Of a DNA stretch of 32,000 bases, positions 28,340 to 32,000 are shown in pieces. The notes under the pieces were generated by a model. That model saw nothing but the letters and a program-made list of their open reading frames with translations. It was not told the origin of the DNA and made no database searches. Origin of the DNA: Candidatus Saccharimonadota bacterium (GTDB taxonomy: Bacteria; Patescibacteriota; Patescibacteriia; 2-12-FULL-60-25). Every line of letters starts with the position of its first letter. Positions within the stretch are counted from its first letter, which is position 1. The position numbers were made by a program, and so were the translations under genes. The stretch lies in NCBI GenBank assembly GCA_023898425.1, contig CP060222.1, positions 690,001-722,000 of the forward strand, given 5' to 3'.

Positions 28340-28397
28340 ATACAAGGGAGATGTCTATCCATAAAAAATCAAAATGAGCTAGACAGAGGGTTCGCGG
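28330..28397 (+). repeat. hairpin-plus-box direct repeat, copy 2 (downstream of the DUF559 gene)
   Basis: tctcccttg-aata-caagggaga-tgtctatccat, then a 21-nt spacer, then cagagggttcgc. The first 33 nt differ from copy 1 at 2 positions and the 12-nt box is identical. The box overlaps the last codons of the methyltransferase gene. Confidence 0.8.
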
Positions 28398-28912
28398 AGA
28401 TATTTCTTCGCAATCCCCTTTTGCCCCACCTCTTGAAATCCAGGCAATGTAAAAGCGAATGAAATAATCTCAATGTCTTTCATCGCTTTTTCTTTTAGCA
28501 TTTTTGAAACGTCGTGCATGATGGGGTCGAGTCCAAAAATAAAGACCTTTGTAACACCAGCAAAATCAGCTGTAAACAAGTTCTTCCAATAGACTTTGGC
28601 TTTTGGATGCTTGCGTAGGCGCCATTTGGTAATCAGAACCAGGACCGGATTCAGCTCGTAACCAATAACCGTCGCGCCACGCTTGGCACAAGCGAGGAGA
28701 ATCTTTCCGTCACCAGAGCCTAGATCGATTATTGTGTCTTTATCTGTAATATCAACAAGGGTAAATGCATCATCGATATCGCGTTTGCGCACCGGAAAAT
28801 ACGGAGCACCAACGCCCACGCCTGCGACATAACGCAAGACAAGATAAAAAAACCACAATGATAAAATAAGTTTTAACCAGGTCCAGAGATAAAAGAGCGC
28901 TTGTTGTGACAT
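28379..28912 (-). CDS. membrane-anchored class I SAM-dependent methyltransferase
   Basis: Start taken at MSQQALFYLWTW (ATG 28912), 1 nt after the upstream stop. N-terminal TM helix. Motif I IIDLGSGDGKILLACAKRGATVIGYELNP. Confidence 0.75.
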   Translation of the reverse strand: MSQQALFYLWTWLKLILSLWFFYLVLRYVAGVGVGAPYFPVRKRDIDDAFTLVDITDKDTIIDLGSGDGKILLACAKRGATVIGYELNPVLVLITKWRLRKHPKAKVYWKNLFTADFAGVTKVFIFGLDPIMHDVSKMLKEKAMKDIEIISFAFTLPGFQEVGQKGIAKKYLREPSV

Positions 28913-28940
28913 ATTATTTGTGAAGATATTGATCTCTCCA
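28887..28940. repeat. 54-bp gene-junction repeat, copy 1
   Basis: agataaaagagCgcttgttgtgacatattatttgtgaagatattgatctctcca. It spans the last 8 codons plus stop of paralog B (WRDQYLHK*) and the first 9 codons of the methyltransferase (MSQQALFYL). Confidence 0.9.
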
Positions 28941-29453
28941 ATTTCTAATAATGGATCTAAAGAAGAGACCACCGAAAGCCAGGGTAAAATTGAAGCCATA
29001 AAAAGCAGCTCTCATATCACCGGTTAAAACAGCCTCAATAGTTCCGTATACGAACATAAGAACGATGGCTGCCGCAAAACTGTTACCAATAAACAAAAGG
29101 GACTTCTCAATTTTTTTAAACTCTGTGGATTCTTTACGGTCTTTATCAAAGACAACGAAGGGCAAAGGCATCAAAACTTGTAGCAATAGAAAAATAAGTC
29201 CATAGATTGAATAATTAATGACTGGTATCGAGGACTTAATCAATGGCAAAAAGTACAATAAGACAATTAGCATCAATGGCAAATAACCGTTCAACAGCAC
29301 ATAAGACATCAACCAGGCAAAACCCTTCATGCGCCATGGCTTTAACAACCAATTAAGTCTTACAAACAGCCCTGTATAGCCCACAGCGAAAGCGAATAGT
29401 AGAATGTTCGCAAGAGCCGTAAGATCAAGATAAAAGAGTGCTTGTTGTGACAT
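28914..29453 (-). CDS. small polytopic membrane protein, tandem paralog B (179 aa)
   Basis: Shares RLNW-LKPWRM, FAW, YGL, PLPF, D-DRKE-TEFK and the terminal WRDQYLHK with paralog A. Start MSQQALFYL at ATG 29453. Confidence 0.6.
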   Translation of the reverse strand: MSQQALFYLDLTALANILLFAFAVGYTGLFVRLNWLLKPWRMKGFAWLMSYVLLNGYLPLMLIVLLYFLPLIKSSIPVINYSIYGLIFLLLQVLMPLPFVVFDKDRKESTEFKKIEKSLLFIGNSFAAAIVLMFVYGTIEAVLTGDMRAAFYGFNFTLAFGGLFFRSIIRNWRDQYLHK

Positions 29454-29481
29454 ATTATTTGTGAAGATATTGATCTCTCCA
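29428..29481. repeat. 54-bp gene-junction repeat, copy 2
   Basis: Identical to 28887-28940 except one base (t at 29439 versus c at 28898, synonymous Ala codon). It spans the paralog A C-terminus and the paralog B start. Confidence 0.9.
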
Positions 29482-29961
29482 GCCTTTGATGAGCTTTCCA
29501 AAGAACAATAAGGCAATAACAAGAGCAAGCTTAAAAGCAAACCGAGCTGTTTCATTTTCTCCAGATATACTTGCCGTGATACTAGAGTATCCAAATAAAA
29601 GGATAAGCCCTATGGCAACAACATCACCAATGTCTTTTAGAAGCTTTTCTACGGTTTTAAACTCAGTAGGTTCTTTGCGATCCTCATCTAGAAGAATAAA
29701 TGGAAGAGGTATGAAAAACTGTACCAAAAGCACTAAAAGCCCGTATAACGAATAATCACGATACGTGATAGATGCTTTAAACGTAGCTGACAGTAATAAC
29801 GACAACATTAATGCCAAAGGGATCAAGCCACTCACCAGTACATAAAATACCGTCCAAGCAAAATGATGCATGCGCCATGGTTTAAGTACCCAGTTCAATC
29901 TTGCAGACAATAAAGAATACCCAATAACCAATGCTAGGGGTAAGTAGAGCTCATTATTCAT
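29455..29961 (-). CDS. small polytopic membrane protein, tandem paralog A (168 aa)
   Basis: Start at MNNELYL (ATG 29961), overlapping the upstream permease stop by 8 nt (ATGAATAA). Four to five hydrophobic helices and a charged loop DEDRKEPTEFK. Confidence 0.6.
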   Translation of the reverse strand: MNNELYLPLALVIGYSLLSARLNWVLKPWRMHHFAWTVFYVLVSGLIPLALMLSLLLSATFKASITYRDYSLYGLLVLLVQFFIPLPFILLDEDRKEPTEFKTVEKLLKDIGDVVAIGLILLFGYSSITASISGENETARFAFKLALVIALLFFGKLIKGWRDQYLHK

Positions 29962-31186
29962 AACGCAATGCCTCAATAGGACTTAATTTTGCTGCGCGAC
30001 GTGCAGGAAAAAAACCAAAGACGACACCAATAATTGTCGACACGCTAAATGAGAGAATGATGGCATCTGTTGGAAAAGCAAAGCTCCAACCAGCCTGATA
30101 GTTACCAAGTGCCGTAAGACCTAAGTAAGATAGACCTACCCCAATAACAATACCAATCAATCCACCAAGACCTGTTACAACAATAGCCTCAGCAAGAAAT
30201 TGATTTAAGATATCTTTTGGCTTTGCTCCGATAGCTTTGCGTAAACCAATTTCGCTTGTACGCTCCGTAACCGTCACATACATGATGTTCATAATACCAA
30301 TACCACCAACAAGTAGCGAGATCGCTGCAATAGAGCCAAGCAATACCTGTAAGATCAAACCAATTTGCCCAGCATTTTTTGCTGCATCTTCTTGCGCGCC
30401 TAAGCGAAAATCATCTTTTGCGAGATCATCTTCATAATTATCTATATTGTGATTTTCTCGTAAAACTTCGCGAATACGATCCTTTGTTTGGTTGATCCCT
30501 AAGCCAGTTTTCATGGCGATAAAGTCTACATTTTTACGATTATAGGCATCCATCGCTGTAGAAACCGGGATATATACTTGATCATCAACATTTGTAAAAA
30601 AACGAGTACCACCCTTCTCCATAACACCAACAACACGATAACTTCTTTTGCCAATTTTTACTGTCTTGCCTATAGGCTCACTATTTGCGAATAAATCCAA
30701 AGCAACCGCACGTCCTAAAACGATAACACGCGCTCGTCCATCTACGTCACTCTCTTCGATAAATCGCCCTGTCTCCGGCCGATCTGGATACACATCAAGC
30801 GATGCTTGCGTAACACCGTTAAGCGATACACGTCTTGAACGTCCTTCGAACGTTGCGAGATCAGACTGAATGATAAATGGCTCAACAACATTAAGCCAAG
30901 AAACTTTTCTTAATGAATCAACGTCTTTATCTGTTAGGGATTTTTTCTGTGTAGGACTTGGAGGTCCGCCTCTTTCCGCACCGCGACCATTTTGAGCAAA
31001 AATAAGATCTGAGCTAAATGAACTTGCAATCTGACTCAATAAAAAACGCTCAGCCGCTTGCCCGATCGAAAGCATGAGAATGACGGACATGATACCAATC
31101 ACAAGACCCAACATGGTTAATGCTGTTCTACTTTTGTTGCGCGTTAAACTTGAAAACGCTACTGGGATAATATCTCGGATCTTCAT
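29954..31186 (-). CDS. ABC transporter permease, MacB/FtsX family
   Basis: 410 aa. N-terminal TM, large extracytoplasmic MacB-type domain, C-terminal FtsX module (GIMNIMYVTVTERTSEIGLRKAIGAK ... FGFFPARRAAKLSPIEALRYE). Confidence 0.85.
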   Translation of the reverse strand: MKIRDIIPVAFSSLTRNKSRTALTMLGLVIGIMSVILMLSIGQAAERFLLSQIASSFSSDLIFAQNGRGAERGGPPSPTQKKSLTDKDVDSLRKVSWLNVVEPFIIQSDLATFEGRSRRVSLNGVTQASLDVYPDRPETGRFIEESDVDGRARVIVLGRAVALDLFANSEPIGKTVKIGKRSYRVVGVMEKGGTRFFTNVDDQVYIPVSTAMDAYNRKNVDFIAMKTGLGINQTKDRIREVLRENHNIDNYEDDLAKDDFRLGAQEDAAKNAGQIGLILQVLLGSIAAISLLVGGIGIMNIMYVTVTERTSEIGLRKAIGAKPKDILNQFLAEAIVVTGLGGLIGIVIGVGLSYLGLTALGNYQAGWSFAFPTDAIILSFSVSTIIGVVFGFFPARRAAKLSPIEALRYE

Positions 31187-31187
31187 A

Positions 31188-32000
31188 CTAATCTTTTCTT
31201 AATGCCTCAATTGGTCGTAGTTTTGATGCTTGTTTCGCTGGCGCATATCCAAATAAAATTCCAACTCCGGCAGAGACAAAGAAACCAAGCAAAATACCAT
31301 TGGTAGATACGCTAAACGTCCAACCGTCTTGTACGTTTGAGATGCCCTTTATCGCAAGCCATGTAGCACCAATACCCAAAACGACACCTACGATACCACT
31401 TAATGCCGTTAGCACGACGGCTTCCATCAGGAATTGTCCCAATACGTCTCGATTCTTCGCTCCCAATGCCTTTCTCAAGCCGATTTCACGGGTACGCTCA
31501 GTTACACTGACGTACATAATATTCATAATCCCAATACCACCAACAAGTAATGAGATTGCAGCCACAGAAGAGAGAAAAATACTTAAGATATCCGTAATCT
31601 GCGAAACAGATTGCACGGATTCATCCATTGTCTCCATAAAGAAATCATCATTATCACCTTCTCTTAAGCGATGTGTTTCTCTCATTAGTTCTGTTACACG
31701 ATATACCGTCTCATTTTGAGAAATACCATTTGGTTGAACAATGATATAGGTCATGTATTTTTGACCATACAAATCGAGCGCTGAGGTAACCGGAACATAC
31801 ACAGACTTATCAAGGTTTGTGAAAGCGCGTGATCCAGACTCAACAACAACACCAATAACACGATAGTTTTGATTATTGATCTTTACTGAATTACCTACTG
31901 CCTGTTCATCACCAAAAATCGTTTTTGCTACTTCATGTCCTAGGACAACAACACGACTTCTCCCTTCAACATCAGAAACATCAAAAAAACCACCTTCTTT
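31188..32000 (-). CDS. ABC transporter permease, MacB/FtsX family (paralog; 5' end outside window)
   Basis: The frame is open and homologous to the neighbouring permease all the way to base 32000 (KEGGFFDVSDVEGRSRVVVLGHEV...). The track ATG at 31802 is therefore internal. The stop lies 1 nt before the next gene start. Confidence 0.8.
   Translation of the reverse strand, partial: KEGGFFDVSDVEGRSRVVVLGHEVAKTIFGDEQAVGNSVKINNQNYRVIGVVVESGSRAFTNLDKSVYVPVTSALDLYGQKYMTYIIVQPNGISQNETVYRVTELMRETHRLREGDNDDFFMETMDESVQSVSQITDILSIFLSSVAAISLLVGGIGIMNIMYVSVTERTREIGLRKALGAKNRDVLGQFLMEAVVLTALSGIVGVVLGIGATWLAIKGISNVQDGWTFSVSTNGILLGFFVSAGVGILFGYAPAKQASKLRPIEALRKD

Noticed and set aside
27752-28351. CTCCCTTG/CAAGGGAG hairpins as a CRISPR array
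   Set aside because: There are only three related copies with irregular spacing (37 nt and ~540 nt). The interval holds a normal gene rather than spacers, and there are no cas genes in the window.
27789-28397. Flanking repeats as integron attC sites
   Set aside because: Copy 1 contains gcctaac, which fits RYYYAAC, but there is no complementary GTTRRRY partner. Copy 2 reads gtctatc at that position. No integrase gene is nearby.
28913-29594. N-terminal extensions of ORF-track models (28999, 29594, 14570, 12378, 1656)
   Set aside because: The extensions overlap the 3' ends of upstream genes and translate them out of frame, e.g. GEINIFTNN comes from the WRDQYLHK codons. Conserved protein starts coincide with internal ATGs placed 1 nt after upstream stops.

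Overview
Compact, almost fully coding bacterial chromosome segment. Hand counts of sample lines give GC in the low-to-mid 40s percent. Short or absent intergenic spacers, 1-nt gaps, overlapping genes and mostly SD-less starts suggest a small-genome uncultivated lineage (CPR/Patescibacteria-like). That assignment is inference only.

Left to right:
- prfA and rpmE (minus strand).
- Two orphan ORFs.
- A rhamnose-glycan cluster: three GT2 rhamnosyltransferase-like genes divergent from rfbB, then a fused NRS/ER-like epimerase-reductase::RmlA gene, an NDH-2-like oxidoreductase and a CX5R phosphatase.
- A long minus-strand run: cysS, acidic protein, 855-aa TraD/VirD4-like ATPase, coiled-coil protein, dnaX, NTase-like protein, O-antigen-ligase-like protein, groES, groEL, small membrane protein.
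- A CIRCE-controlled heat-shock operon, hrcA-grpE-hsp20-dnaK-dnaJ. Its dnaK is broken by four indels.
- A compositionally atypical insert: an orphan 214-aa ORF plus a DUF559 endonuclease gene bracketed by hairpin-containing direct repeats.
- A minus-strand envelope operon: two MacB/FtsX-type permeases, two tandem paralogous small membrane proteins, and a membrane-anchored SAM methyltransferase.

No rRNA, tRNA, CRISPR array or classical IS element was seen.

Most notable observations:
- The eukaryote/giant-virus-type bifunctional rhamnose synthase domain fused to RmlA.
- The repeat-bracketed DUF559 cassette.
- A 54-bp near-identical junction repeat around the tandem membrane paralogs.
- The quadruply frameshifted dnaK.
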